A stretch of DNA of 64,000 bases from Camelus dromedarius. Taxonomy: Eukaryota. The DNA is taken from contig NC_087447.1 of assembly GCF_036321535.1 (NCBI RefSeq), positions 52,392,001 through 52,456,000 on the forward strand, in the 5' to 3' direction. The position numbers and the translations under genes were made by a program. Numbering within the stretch: the stretch's first letter is position 1; each line of letters opens with the position of its first letter. A model generated the notes under the pieces. The model searched no databases. It was not told the origin of the DNA and was given only the letters and a program-made list of their open reading frames with translations. Below are positions 51,173-64,000 of the stretch, piece by piece.

Positions 51173-52184
51173 GGTAAGGAATTTTGATCATATAATGACA
51201 TGGACCCCCAGAGCATCTAAATGAGAAGTGTGGGATTTGGAGATTCATTATACAATCTGGAGATTAGGATTAGAGGGCATCTGAGTCTCTCTATAATACT
51301 CACATTCTAGAATGTCACGACTCTGGGTCTCTCGGCTTTTAAAGGCCAAACCATCTTCAGAAGAAAATATTTTATCTTTGGATCGGTATGAATGTAACAG
51401 GAGGGTGGGGGGGTACCTAAGTGGTTTGGCTCAATCATTCTTATGTGAAAGCAGATCTATAGTGAAACCAAGGGACACTGATGGTGAGATAACCCACAAC
51501 CATCAAGAGATGGTGGGCTAAGGTCCTAACATGAAACGTTACGGAGATTCAATCACCTTGTGGGTCTCCACCAAATCATCTGATATTTACCAGTCATCTG
51601 TTTTGTGTTGCTGTCTTTGTCTGTGTTAATTTATATCATGCAATCATCACACACACACAAAAAAAAAACCCAGTAGAGGTTATAAAAATACCATTTTACA
51701 GATGAAGAAACTGAGGGTCAGAGAGGCCCAATAGTAAATGTAAACCCAAGGTGACAATGTGAGTCTCTTCCTCATTCTGTTAACCCATGGTGCCCTTCTG
51801 TACAGCTGTTCATCCACAGACCTTCAAAGGACGTGCCACTCGGCTCAGCTATGCAGTAAACAGCCCCAGCAAAGGATCTTTGTGCTGATTTGTGATTAAA
51901 GGCAAACAAGATAATCAGTCCCAGGACCTGGGGAGAGCCGCCCTCACTCTTCATGCATTCCTCCATTCACACGGCCCTGGAAACCTTTCAACGTGGTAGT
52001 GGCTACACCAATTACTCTGCAGACTGTAGAAGGGTCCTGTCTGGAAATGCAATCATTTCAGAAGAAAAGGTTTCTAAAAGACACACACACAAAAGACAGC
52101 ACTTTGCTTTTTCTGAAACTGATATTCCCAATAAGGACAAAGACGAACTTTGATCAAAGTCTATAAAGCTTTGCAAAGCAGGAA

Positions 52185-52316
52185 GATGATGAGGACAATG
52201 AAGAGGATGGTGATTATGATGGATACAGATGATGGTGGTAATGATGATGAGTATGTTGAGATGGTTATTATCAGAAGACAGTGGTGATGATGATGGTGAT
52301 GATGATGATGATGATA
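52185..52316. repeat. Degenerate (GAT/GGT)n repeat
   Basis: gatgatgaggacaatgaag...ggtgatgatgatggtgatgatgatgatgatgat. Confidence 0.85.
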
Positions 52317-55236
52317 GCAAATACCATTTCCTGAGTGCCTATATGAGTCAGTTACCACACTGAGCACTTTCTAAACATTATCTCTGATTATCACAATAAC
52401 CCTGTAAGATGAGGATTAGTATCCCCACTTAAAACACGAGAAACTGAAGCTCAGAGGAATGAAGTAACCCTCCTGGGCTCAGAACCCTAGCATGGAAAGG
52501 AATTGATAGAGACTAGGACTTAAATTATAACTCCAAATCCTGTGCCTCTAATCACTCACGTATCTGCTTTACTCATTTACTCCTCCATTTGTTTAACTAT
52601 TTAAAAAAATTCATTCATCTGTTCAAAATATTGACACCGGTCCAGGTATACCTAAGACAGTGGCTAGACCTTTCTAACCCCCAGGTTGTCAAGAAAATGC
52701 ATCTACCTTCACATTAGGGATAGATGAAAATGAAGGTGAATTGCATTCAAATCAAGATTTATCACAATGAACGCTCCCAAAACTAGGGTGAAAAGAACGA
52801 CTAATGATTTTTCAGCTCCCATAAGCTAATGACAATGATCTGCTTCACTGTTAATTAACGTGGCAGTAAAAAGCTGCTCCGTAGTTGGTTGGTAAGGAGA
52901 GAGGTTGTCTCGCTTTTCACAGAAACCCATGCTCTAGGCTGGGGGCCCAACTGACCAGGACGGGTGGCTCCCAGGACCAGCTCTTGAAGGCTGGTTGTGC
53001 TGGACTGACACCTGGGAGACAAATAGGACTTGAAATTTGGGCAGCACTGACTGCACCTCTATTCCCTGGGGTGGCCTGAAGGGCAATGGTAGGCCTCATT
53101 CTCTGGCATTTACTGAGGGCCACTGCCAGAGACCTAATCTGCCCAGTGGCACCGTGAAAGAAGCACCAGGCACTATTATAACTGCTTTACAGTTCGGGGA
53201 AGTTAAATGACTTCTCCAGATCATTCATTTGGTTAGTAAATGGGAGAATTAAGATTTGACTGTATCTGTTTACGAGGCTTGTAAGTTTACCTAAGAGATG
53301 CTGTAAATAGAGATATTCTCCCCACTTCACGCAGTAGGAAGGCTAACAATAATGAAGGACTTGGAGAAGGCCCAGAACAGGGCTGGCGGCCGGGGCATCT
53401 GGGTTGTAGGTCCTGTTCTGCTACTGACTTGGACTATGAAGCTGCCTGCAACACCTCTGTTCTCTGTGCTGCAGGAACTTCACCTGTAAAGAGGTGGCTG
53501 GTCTGTGGGATTTCTCGGTCCCTTCCAGCCTCCCCAGACTTCTAAGAGTCTGGTTTACAGATTGCTCATCTAACTCCATAACTCATCTGATCACAAGGGC
53601 CCCAGGAGACAGAGAGGGAGGGGGGTGGTCTAAGGAGCGTCAATGGAAAGGCTTAGGATACTATAAAGTTATCACATCCAAGAAGACACATCAATAGGTC
53701 CTAGCATCAACAGGTACCTCAATGAAAAAGTCAGATGCAGTATCTAGAAAACAAGTTTACACCCTAAAACCAGATCTAGTTCCTTGTATTTTCTCATTCC
53801 CTGCCTAGATCATCCATGTTCATCTTCTTCTCAAATAAGAATGTGAGCAGCTGAGGGGAGGGATGACATTGTTTGCGTCTTTCCCATCCCCATAGAGCCT
53901 AGCACAGCCATGGGCAAGGACAGGATTTGATACCTATTGTTGAGTGAATTACTATGAAAAATAATGCCTCAGCACATATTACCACACAGGTCATCTTGAA
54001 TGATACTTTGAACACTATTCCCATTTTCTACAGATGGAGACCCGGGCTCAGAGAAGCCAGTTTGGTCAGGGACCGCACCACCAGGAAGCAGTGGAGTTGG
54101 GGCTGGCACTAGGCCTCTTGATTCCCACACCAAGGTTCTTGTCACTAGTCCTTGGCAAAGGGACCAATTCCTCTCGAAGGAGAGGGATGAGGATGTTAGG
54201 AATTGCCTTGCCTGAAGGCAGAAGCACCCCGTGGAAAAACCTGCCAGAGGCAGCACTTAGAGAACTGTCACGGGTGCTTTGGGAAGCCTGGGAGGACACC
54301 AGGGTAAGGAAAAGTGAGAATTAGGTTCCTCGCACTTTATCCAGTTCAAAGAACTGCCACTTCCTGCTCCTGGGCCAGGGTCTGGGTCATGTGTATGTGA
54401 AGCCCCGCCCCCCTCACCACCCAGTCGACACTCAGGAAGATCCGGTAGAACGTGGGATGAATGAATGAATGGATGATGAGTGATTCAGTCAATACAGTGG
54501 GGGACATCTAGATGCTTTCAAACAGCAGGTGTGATCGCACAGTCCCTAAAAAAGGTCCGTGCTTTTTAATGGAAGATAATGGTAATCGACATCTCTCCAG
54601 CTCTGTGAAGTTCTGTATATATTTCTGCAGGACAAGAAGAACCATCTCAATTTGGGAGATCTGCCCAAGATCACAGAGACAGTATAAATAGTTGCCATTC
54701 ACTGAGCTTGTGTAAAACTTTGGGGATAAATAGCTCATTTAATCCTCAGCAACCACCCTCTGTGATGGGTATTGTCATCATCTCCATCCTTCAGATGAGA
54801 AAACTGAGGCCTCAGAAGGTAACCTGTCTAAGGTCACATGGCCAGTAACTTTATTTAAAGATAAGCTGATCTGATTCTCGTATCTGAGCATTTTCTACTT
54901 TGGGCCAAGCTGCTGGGCTCAACATTCCCGAAGATTGAGCTTGGATGGCCTAATGAGGTATTGCCAGGCTGACAGCCCTCTCAGCTGAATGGAGGCTAAT
55001 TGGGAATTTTACAGGAACAACAGAGACAAGCCCTATTTCTCAATTACACGGACCATGAGTCTGCCCGTGAATGTCATGGTTAGCCCTAGGTCACGTGCCT
55101 ACTGCTTATGAGTGTACGTGTGTAGGAGTGTCTGTGTCTACTTTTCTTCGCTGAGGCAGAAATTCAATGGACCCATTCAGATCTCTTCTCTTAAATATTC
55201 CTGGATGCTGCAGGCCTTCCATTCCCTATGCGCCAA

Positions 55237-55723
55237 TGTACTAGGGAAGAACAAGTCTGACACCATATTGGATCTGTTTCTTTTACTTTAACCTTTGTAT
55301 TCTATTGCTTTTGCTATAAGTTAATCACTAAAAGAATGTTGCCTATAGCCTGAAATATACAGGATAGCTCAATCTCAAGGCCCTGACCTTTAAAGGTATA
55401 ACATGCTTCCATTCATTTAGAGATAAAAAGTTGCAGAACAGAGAATAACATTTGTCTTGTTGGAGGTTTATAGGAACATTGTGACCAGACCTAGCTGGAC
55501 AGCTCCAAGAGCAAAGGATTCCAACACCAAGATGTCTGCAACAACCAACCACACCCCCTCCCCTTTTAGTACAAAAGAAGCCTGAATTCTGATTTGGGTA
55601 ACTAGTCCACCATTTTCTCGGTCTACTGGCTTTCAGAATAAAGTCTCTATTTCTTGCCCTTACAACTTGTCTCTGCATTTATTGGCCTGTTGTGTGGCGA
55701 GCAGGAGCTTGGATTCAGTAATA
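55237..55723 (+). mobile_element. ERV1-type solo LTR
   Basis: Starts TGTAC, ends GTAATA (decayed ...AACA); 4-bp TSD ccaa at 55233-55236 and 55724-55727; AATAAA near 55638. Confidence 0.82.
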
Positions 55724-55849
55724 CCAACAACATAGGGAAATGGTATTAACCATCATGGCCTGTGTAAGCAGGATTCAGGGCAGGGCCTGGCCAGGTGTGA
55801 GCTGGAGGGTAAGCGTTCTACTGCTGAGAGGAATTACAAGTAGTGTATT

Positions 55850-56030
55850 TATTGTATTTTCTTAAATAAAAACTATGTATTTTAGCAGCATAACATGACG
55901 ATTTGATATATGTACACAGAGTGAAACGATGACTACAGTCAACTACAGTGAAGCTCGTTTACATATCATATCCTTACACAGTGACCTCTCTGTGTATTGT
56001 GGTGAGAACACCTGAAATCTATCCTCTTGA
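55850..56030 (-). mobile_element. L1MA-like 3' end fragment
   Basis: ataacatgacgatttgatatatgtacacagagtgaaacgatgactacagtc...gtggtgagaacacctgaaatcta. Confidence 0.7.
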
Positions 56031-58329
56031 TTTTAATTTTGTCTAACATTCATTAAGGGTACTCTGACAGCTTTGCATGACTCTGAGTGTAAGATAAGAG
56101 ATAGTTAAAATGTAACAAGAGTCTAAAGTAAAACCAACCTAAAGAGGCTGTCCCACCACCCAGGCACTGTTATCTCAGGGAGGAACAAGAAAAAATGTTT
56201 ACAGGCAGGATTCAAGGCAGAGCCCTTTGTGACAGTAATCAGGCAGTAGAACGAATGATCATCACCTGAAAAAGTAAGTGAAAGGAAGGTTTATAAAGAA
56301 CATTATGGATACAGTGCATAGAACTGGTCTCTACCAAAGAAATCTGGTAGAATCGAGCAGGAACTGAGCAGTTAGGACATGTCCTCCAAGACTGAACACA
56401 GTTCAGCCCTCCTGGGACCTCAGCAATGGTATTAGGAATAATACTTTGGTCCTTTTTAGAATGACTACCTGGGTACCTTCTATAACTTACCATCTTCACA
56501 ACAATCCAGAAAGGTGAGATTATTATCCAGCTTTACAGCGAAGGGAATCCAATGGCTCACTAGGTTGACTAGAAAGCTGGGCAGTCTGATCCCCAAATCC
56601 TATGGAGGAGCTGTGGACTTCCTTGAAAGAAGGGCTGAACCAACATGATGATGTGGGAGAAGGGACAGAGGTTCATGGACTCGGATAAAAGAGCAATGCT
56701 GATGGCTTTCTTCGGAGCCTTACACCCAAACAACCTTGTGGAGAGATGGCCATTCTGTAGATATTCTGGTACCCTTCTATGTAGGAGCGTGCATGTGATA
56801 GATTTTTATCTCTATCTGTCTACCCTATCTATCTATCAATCATCTATTGGGAGGAGAGAGAGGGAGGTGGGAGTGGGAGGAGAGGCTGGAGGTGGCAATG
56901 AGATCTGTAAACCAGAATTCTGGCTATTCTGATTGGATCTTTCATCCTGAGGTTACCTGCCTTCACTACTTTTTAAAGAAAAATTTGACCACAGAAATAG
57001 GAAGCATTAAGACAGATCTTAATATCAAAGATGCTCAAAGACATGTAATTCAAGAGGGTAAGTGGTGAGTGAGGAGGAGGAGAAGGGGTGAGTGTGGGCC
57101 AAACAAGAGACTTGAACTTAGAATTATCCAGACATAAAAGTTCTAAAAAGGAATCTTGGGCAATTCAGGGGATGTGGTTAGTGCAGAAAATGCTTCTAAG
57201 AGTAGTTTGTGGTTTCCTTCTGCAAACCACAGAGGGCTAGCAATTCTCACCAAATTAAGGGATTTGCATGCAAAGATTCATGCAGTCACAGATTTCTGAG
57301 TATTTAGCATCTTGGAGATCATGAGTCCTGATTTCCATCCCCATTTCCAAATCAGGGTGTGCTGACCTTCCCTAGGCCACACAACTATTTTGTGACTGAG
57401 CCAGGACCAGACTTTCTTCAAGTCAAATTCTAACAGTTTGGGGTTGAGAATTTCTTGAGTTAGGTGGCCATAGTGCCTGGATCCCGTCAGAACACCCTGG
57501 ATCTCCGTGTCACTGTTCCTATGAAGACCTAGAGACCAGAATCCTCATCTTCAGCTTCCTGAGTTGATGTTCCCACTTTCTCAACAGTTATAGATTTGTG
57601 CAAATTATTTCTCCCTTTCCTCAGTCTTATTCCCCATTCTCTTCTCCCCTTAAATCAATGCCTCTTATTTCCCTGGCCATTTATCTTGAGATTTTTTGAA
57701 CCTCAATCATCTCGGGGCTTCCTGCAGGACAGCCCATTTCCTTCATGCCTCCACTGACAAGTATTTACTGAGTTCCTACCAAGGCTGCAAGACCACTAGA
57801 CCTCCCTGTTCACCCGGTGCCTGCTGGGCCTCACACACACATTAGTACTTTATACAGACTGAGCTTCAATCCAGCCCCGTAACAGTCCTGCAGTTTAAGT
57901 ACTACAAACCCCATTTCACAGATTAGGACACTCAAGCTCAGCTGGGCTCGCCTGTACAAAGACTACACAGCTAGTGCATGGAAGAACCTTGACATGATCC
58001 CTGAGAAGTGGCAGAGTGCAGGGGTTAAGGGGTTTGAACCCCATCTCTGCCACTCTGGAGCTATGTGACCGTGGGCAAGTTGCCTAAATTTTCTGTGCTT
58101 CAGTCTCCTCTCCTGTGAAATGGGGACAGTACTGGGTTGCTGTAAAGATTTAGGGAGAAAATAAAGCACTCAGAACATAGTAAGAACCTCATCAATATTA
58201 GCTGTTGCTGTTGTCATTTTATCATTATTATTACTACTTCTAATACTATTATTATATTCAGGTTATCTAATTCTCAAGATTATGCATGCTCCTCTGTCTA
58301 ATATTTCTCAAACTCATCTGAAGGGTGCC

Positions 58330-58780
58330 TGTCTTAGGTCAGGTAGCCTGGGAGACAGACTCTGAGATAGAGATTTGCTGGCAGGGAGGTCTCCTGCTCT
58401 CAAGAACACCTCCTGGCAGGGAGTGAGAGAAACAGGATTGCCAATGGCAGAGGGAGACCTGGAGCCATGATGCAGTTGCCATGCCAGCCTCAGCCAATCT
58501 CCTTCAGAGCCTCAGACCCTGCCTTTCTGAGTTACCTGAAATTGGACCAAGAAGTCCAGATCTTTCTAAAATCCTCACTCCCAATCCCCTTCTCGCTGAA
58601 GGAGCCACTGGATACAGGTGGTCTCCAGGGTTAACCTGAGCTGGGTGAAGAGCTTCCTCAGAGATGGCAACTCTCCAAGAAAGAAGTGTGAAACGTGAGC
58701 TGCTGGCACCCCCGGCATCTGGGAAAATGAGTGCCTCATCATGGGGGGCATCTGGGTGAGGCACGACCACATCCACTACA
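58330..58780 (-). mobile_element. ERVL LTR (LTR16-like)
   Basis: tgtcttaggtcagg...cagactctgagatagagatttgc...catccactaca. Confidence 0.7.
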
Positions 58781-58817
58781 GTCTGGACTAGCAGAGGGTA
58801 AGTATCCCCTCCCAAGG

Positions 58818-58996
58818 CAGGATTTGTGTTAGTGGAGCTGCATCGATATTGCCTGGGCATTAGTTAATGCGCAGATTTTTGAGTCCTACATTAGAATCAT
58901 TGTCAGTCACAGTCTCTGGGTAGGAAGCCCAGGATTCTGCCAATTTAACAAGTACCCCAGTGGTATGTGTGCACCCTAAAATCTGAGAGCCAATGC
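58818..58996. mobile_element. MER5-like hAT-Charlie MITE
   Basis: cccaggattctgccaatttaacaagtaccccagtgg...tctgagagccaatg. Confidence 0.65.
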
Positions 58997-61779
58997 CCTG
59001 AAGAGTCTGAGAAAGTGACCTGAGGTGGTCAGCTGCTTGTCTGACATCTCATTAAATTCCTATTTCATCTTAAGAATTCACCCTAGTTTTGTGTCCCCTT
59101 CCACAATATATATACATGTTTACTTTCCTGCACAAATATCCTTCCCTCATATCTTCAGGTCCAGGTCATCCTTATCTTCCCTGACAACTTTCACATAGGC
59201 CCAGGGATACCCACAGACCAGTTTGAGAAGCCCAGCTGCCTCGCTTTGCATCTTTACCACCTGCTAGGGATACAAATAGATTAAGCCTCTTCCCTCAAGG
59301 AGCTCCAAATCTAGCAGAGAGGTAACACACAGGGCATCTTAGAGCTGCAGTCTTCCCCCAGGCCTCCCCTGCCTCCTAGATTCACTTGTTTTCAAACCTG
59401 TTTTCCAGGAACCAACAACCAATGCTCTTGTTACCTCCCCCCACAGTAAATCAGCTTCTGTCTCTCTGAGGGCAGTGTATGGCTGGTTTAGTTTCTCCTC
59501 TGTCCATGTTCTCTACTTTCTGGATCATTAAATTGTTCTCGTCCAAATACAGCAATCTATTTCATCTTAGATGTTTGGCTGCCTTGGAAACCCAAGAGGC
59601 CCTGTGGGAGTGGAAGACCCAAGAGAACGGAATGATTTACAACTCTCCCAAAACAAGGCTCCACATTTCTCAGTCCCACTCCCAGAGGGGGCTTTGCAGT
59701 CAGAATTTTGATTCAGAAACTACTTACAAAGTTGGAGGGCAAAAGAAAGGGGGGGAGGGTGTAAAAGGGACAGGAGTGATTTGGTACTTGTGACGAGTGG
59801 CCTTCTCCATCCTGGTGGGCTCTTTTCCATGGAGCCCTAGGAATAACACTATTCACTTTGGTAACAGCTTTCACTTTGGGAAATCCTTAAGTCCTTTCTG
59901 GGGAGAAGTCGTATCACACAACAATGAACTTGTTCTCCTGAACAGAGTAAAGTTAACAGCTGCTGAACAGCTGCATTGCTGTAGCAAAAGAAAGGGAGGT
60001 TTAGAACCTTGGAAAAATGTAGGGAAAGTAAATAGACAAAGCCCCACCTTTTTAAATGGAGGCAATCAGAATGCACCCCGGGTTCCAAGCAAGATTCCTG
60101 CCTCCTCTGCATTCAGCAATCAGGCCTGTAATAAGAGGAAGAAACTGGGAAGCCCAGAGAGTAACAAGAGGGCTGGACCTGGCATCTATTGAGCACTTTC
60201 TGTGCTATGTACTGTGCTAAGCCATTTACAAGCATGATGTACTAGACTCCTCACACCTGCCAAGTGATGTGGCTTCTAACGTTCCTCCCATCTTACGTAA
60301 GTGGGAATAGAGCCACAAAGACGTGAAGGCACCGGCTCAGGCTTACCTGGCCAGTACGTGGAGCCCAGGCTGGGTTCCCAAGTCCTCACTCTAAATCAGG
60401 AAGTCTCAGAAACCCTCTCTCACCTTGGCCTGAGGATGGCAAGGTTGTGTCTCTTTCAATAAGCGAGAGAACTGATGCGGTTGGGTGTGCCCCCAAGCAA
60501 AACTCGACCGCCATTCTCTTCTAGGCAGGGAGAGAAAAGGTTCCCACACTGGGTATCGGAAGCCGTCCTTCTTGGGGTGCTGCCCTCCACCCCTCTCCGT
60601 GTGGAGGAACTTCCTCCAGCAGCACACTGTGCAGAGGGGAGCCATGTGCTGCTTGGCCTGGCTCTGAGAGATGATTTACGGGACTCATATCCTACTGCCA
60701 TCCCCAGGAAGGAGTGATTCTTCTTCCTTAGAGCCCAGCCTGGCTGACTCCTGTCAAACAGTCTCAGCACCACCCACTTAAATGATAGTGATTCTCCCAC
60801 CAGGAGGAAGCTCGGGTGACAGGTATCTGAATGAGATCCAGCACCCCTGGAAAACTCCTCAGCTGACCCCAGCAAACACTGCTGGATGTGGGTGGGGGTG
60901 AAGACTGGAGAGAGCCAAAGAGACACAGGAGACTGAAGTAAAAAGGGAGATGGGCAGAGAGAAAGTATGAAGACACAGATGGGGGAGGGAGAGACAGAGG
61001 TGGATAAGGATGTTTATGGGCTGACAGCTTGTGTGATGAAAACCTGTGCCTCCCACCACACTGCAGGGACCATGTCTGGTTTTGCTCACATCTGTATCCT
61101 TGGCACCCAGCACAGTGCCTCACACAGAGGAGATGCTCCTAAGTACTTACTAAATGAAACTGAAAATAAAGAGATATAAAAGTGCAGAGAGCACAGCTCC
61201 TGGCACAAAAGAGTTGCTCAGTACAGCCTTGTTGACTGACTACTTACCTACACACAGATAGTGTTTTGGAGGGGTTGACAGGAGACCCAGTTTCCAGGGC
61301 AGACACCCAGTAGATCCACCAAGAGGAGAAAGTCTTGAGGGCTGAGGGCTGAGGGCCAAGGCCTGTGCCTGACTGGCACCTACTTGGGCCTCAAAGCCAG
61401 GGTGGGGAAGCAGAAGACAAGGCAGCCTCCTGATAGGAACCAGGAAGCCAGTGGCAGACATTAATCTCTGGAATGGAGGAGGGGGAGGGAGTCAGCAGAT
61501 GAGTCTGGAGCTCATCACCTCTTTCTCAGAATCGAGCGTGAATCTAGGCATGCAGTGGACGCAGGGGACATTTGCTGAATGAATGAATGAGAACAGGATT
61601 TTAGGATGAGAAGGTCAGGTGAAGGGTTTAGGACTGCACCTGTGGAAGGACAGTGTGATCTGTGAGGTGAGCGCAGAGGCTACAAGGGGAATGCTGGGCT
61701 GTGTGGGACATGCCCTGGCTTATGACTTGGTGCCTCTGGGCCCACATGAGTGAATGCTGCTTCTACTTTCACTCTAGAC

Positions 61780-61986
61780 CAGTGGTTCTCAACAGGGGCA
61801 ATTCTGACCCCCAGGGGACATCTGGCAATGTCTGGAGACAGTTTTGGCTATCATCGTGAGGATGAGGGTCACTACCTGGCTCCTTAGAGGGTAGATCCAG
61901 GGATTCTGATAAGCATCCTACAATGTACAGGACAGACCCCACAAAGACAAATTATCTGGCCTGAATGCGATGGTTGAGAAATCCTG
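61780..61986 (+). mobile_element. MER20 hAT-Charlie MITE
   Basis: cagtggttctcaacaggggcaattctgacccccaggggacatctggcaatgtctggagac...ggttgagaaatcctg. Confidence 0.88.
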
Positions 61987-64000
61987 CATTGTACTCTGTG
62001 AGAACACCACTGCCCTGATCCTGAATCCAGGATCTCATTTTGAAGTGTTTTAGTCATCGTAAGTAAGATCACTGCTGCCAATTAAGATTAAGTCCTGACA
62101 GGCAAAAACAGATACCTGTTATCTTGCATGCTTTTCCTTGAAGCAGATGACAGTGGTTGGGGACTAAGAAGCTCAACATGAACACAATCCACTGCACTGC
62201 CCAGCCAGAGACCTGGGGATCGTGCTGTCACCACACTGCACCCAGAAGGAGCTCTGTGCCTGTGACTTTCCTTTAACCTTCTGCAGTTTATAAGCTCAGA
62301 CCTTAGAACAGGAAGGGGTCATAGAAGAAGCATCTGGTCTCAATGCTCCCTCTTATAAATGAAGATGCTGAAGTTCCAAAAGGGAAATGACAAATGCCTT
62401 GCCCAAGGTTGCATGGCAAGTGAGTGGCAGAACCAGGCCTGGAACCCAGAGCTCCAGACTGCTAGCCTAGCGCTCTTTCAATGAGAAAGAGCCTCTGGTG
62501 ACTTAAATTTCCAGAAAGTGCCTCCTGCCATACTGAGAACTATGTGATACGTGTAAGTGCCTTTCTGAACGCCTTTCAAATATACAGGTAATCTGGAGCT
62601 GCTCACCTGAGGCTGACTGTTGTTCAGGGAGCAAGAGCCTAAGGTTCTGGTGGGAGCCGGTGGCTTTTGATGAATAACTCACCTTAGATATAAAACTAAT
62701 TGCTTGAAGATGTCCTTAAGCATTTGTGGGGGACCCCAAAGATCGAGATGACTCTGTAAATAATTAGGCTGTTTCCCCCTACTGTCCCTAGGAAAAGTGG
62801 TAGTAGGATATAAAGAGATTAGCACCAAAAAAACAGGCATTAATATTTCTTCCCCACACCCCAAGCCCTCCAGACTTATTTTGATGACAAAAAGCTGCTA
62901 TTCATTTGTCCAGGAAGAACATGCCAGTAATTAGCTCATTTGGAGTGAAAATTAAAAAGCACAGGCTCAGCCAGAGAGGCAATGTGGTTTGACAAGTTAC
63001 AGGGCAGTCAGATTGTCTCTGCCTCCCATCCTCCATCCACAACTCATCTCTGAAGACTCTGTTCTGCATCACCCCCACTCTGAAGTGTTTCTAATCCCCT
63101 CCTCAAGGAAGAATGAGTTCTGCACCACTTGATGACCCACTGACCCTTACATATATCTATCCGTCCCCCTGATATGGCAATGCACTTGTTAATCTCCTCC
63201 ACTAGACGGTGAGACCTGTCCCAAGTGGCTGGCACAAAGGTAAGCATACAGCAGGTGTGCAGTAAATATTTGATCTGTTGAAGTAAAGTCAGAAGAAGTG
63301 GTACCCCAGGGGAGAAGGTGCATACCAGAGGAGGAATGGCGGGGGTGGGGGTGGGGGTGGGGGATGAGTTGGGGATGGAAGTCTAAATACTGTTTTGGTG
63401 TTCAGAGTCTACCAAAGAAGGAAGGATGCTGCAATTTCCTGATCCCCTACTATGAACAAGGCACTTATGATCACAGGTTTAGTCCTCCTGACAAGCCTGT
63501 GAGTAAAGTATGACTGTTTTCCTTAGTTCACTGATAAGGAAAAGAAGGCTCAGAGTGCCACAATGACAGGGCACCAAAGCTTTCCTGGTCTATCAGACTG
63601 CCTCCCGCTGCACACACAACATACTTCCTGTGCTTCAGTAAAATTCCGATGATGCCCACGTGGACTGGTGGGAATTTGTCATATCAGAGCTTCAGCTCAG
63701 GCGGTTTTCACATCTAACAGACATTTAATCAGGGTAGCCGTTTCTGCTATCAGAGCACTAGAAGCTTATTCCGAAGTCTAAACAAACAAACCAACTGATT
63801 TGATTTGTGGACTTAAGATTTACAACGTTGTTTGGAAAGTCCTACAAGGATACAAATAAACCACCTTCTGCTAAGCTCTTAACGAACGGGCTTTAGTTTT
63901 TAAATTCCCTGAAATCAAGCCTCCTCCAGGAAACCTAGGATTTTGACATAATGGTTAACAAGGGGAGGCTACTTAGGGTATCGAAAACAATACAGGAGGA

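Larger units (their letters stand above)
707..64000 (-). other. TENM4: Large TENM4 intron upstream of the cassette exon
   Basis: No other convincing exon or teneurin peptide in the six-frame track; repeat-dense sequence; teneurin 5' introns are known to be very long. Inferred. Confidence 0.7.

Noticed and set aside
61242..61270. Minus-strand TAG|GTAAGT as a recursive splice site
   Set aside because: Upstream polypyrimidine tract is weak (ctatctgtgtgtag), and such motifs occur by chance in 64 kb
62676..62864. Cryptic minus-strand exon ending at AAG|GTGAGT
   Set aside because: Good donor but no clear matching acceptor and no teneurin-like peptide
1..64000. CRISPR array, operon or other prokaryotic system; the TENM4-hosted miRNA miR-708
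   Set aside because: No regularly spaced repeats or gene-dense organisation; the sequence is mammalian intron. I did not recognise the miR-708 sequence here and recall it lying in a more 5' intron

Overview
Mammalian genomic DNA, most likely camelid (a Vic-1-like tRNA-derived SINE is present; I saw no Alu, B1/B2, CAN-SINE or Bov-A/BovB). The only credible host coding sequence is a 210-bp phase 1-1 exon on the minus strand (497-706). I recognise it as the Pro/Ser-rich alternative exon of the teneurin-4 (TENM4) intracellular domain, and it sits in a CpG-rich patch. The remaining ~63 kb behaves as one large TENM4 intron: many MIR/L2/L1M relics, MaLR/ERVL LTRs, two ERV1-type solo LTRs with intact 4-bp TSDs (one MER41-like), DNA transposon relics (Tigger1, MER20, MER5, MER91, MER94), a 3.2-kb disrupted L1 ORF2, microsatellites and several repeat-free homeobox/SOX-motif-rich blocks that may be enhancers. 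No prokaryotic-type system (CRISPR, operon) is present, and the other ORFs in the track look like noise. The most unusual signals are a tandem polypyrimidine-AG|GT element 31 nt past the exon donor, a perfect 24-bp-stem hairpin with a template-switch signature, a 52-bp dispersed direct repeat, and a MER41-like LTR with an altered STAT site. Repeat family names come from recalled consensus sequences, not a database search. Boundaries of old elements are approximate.
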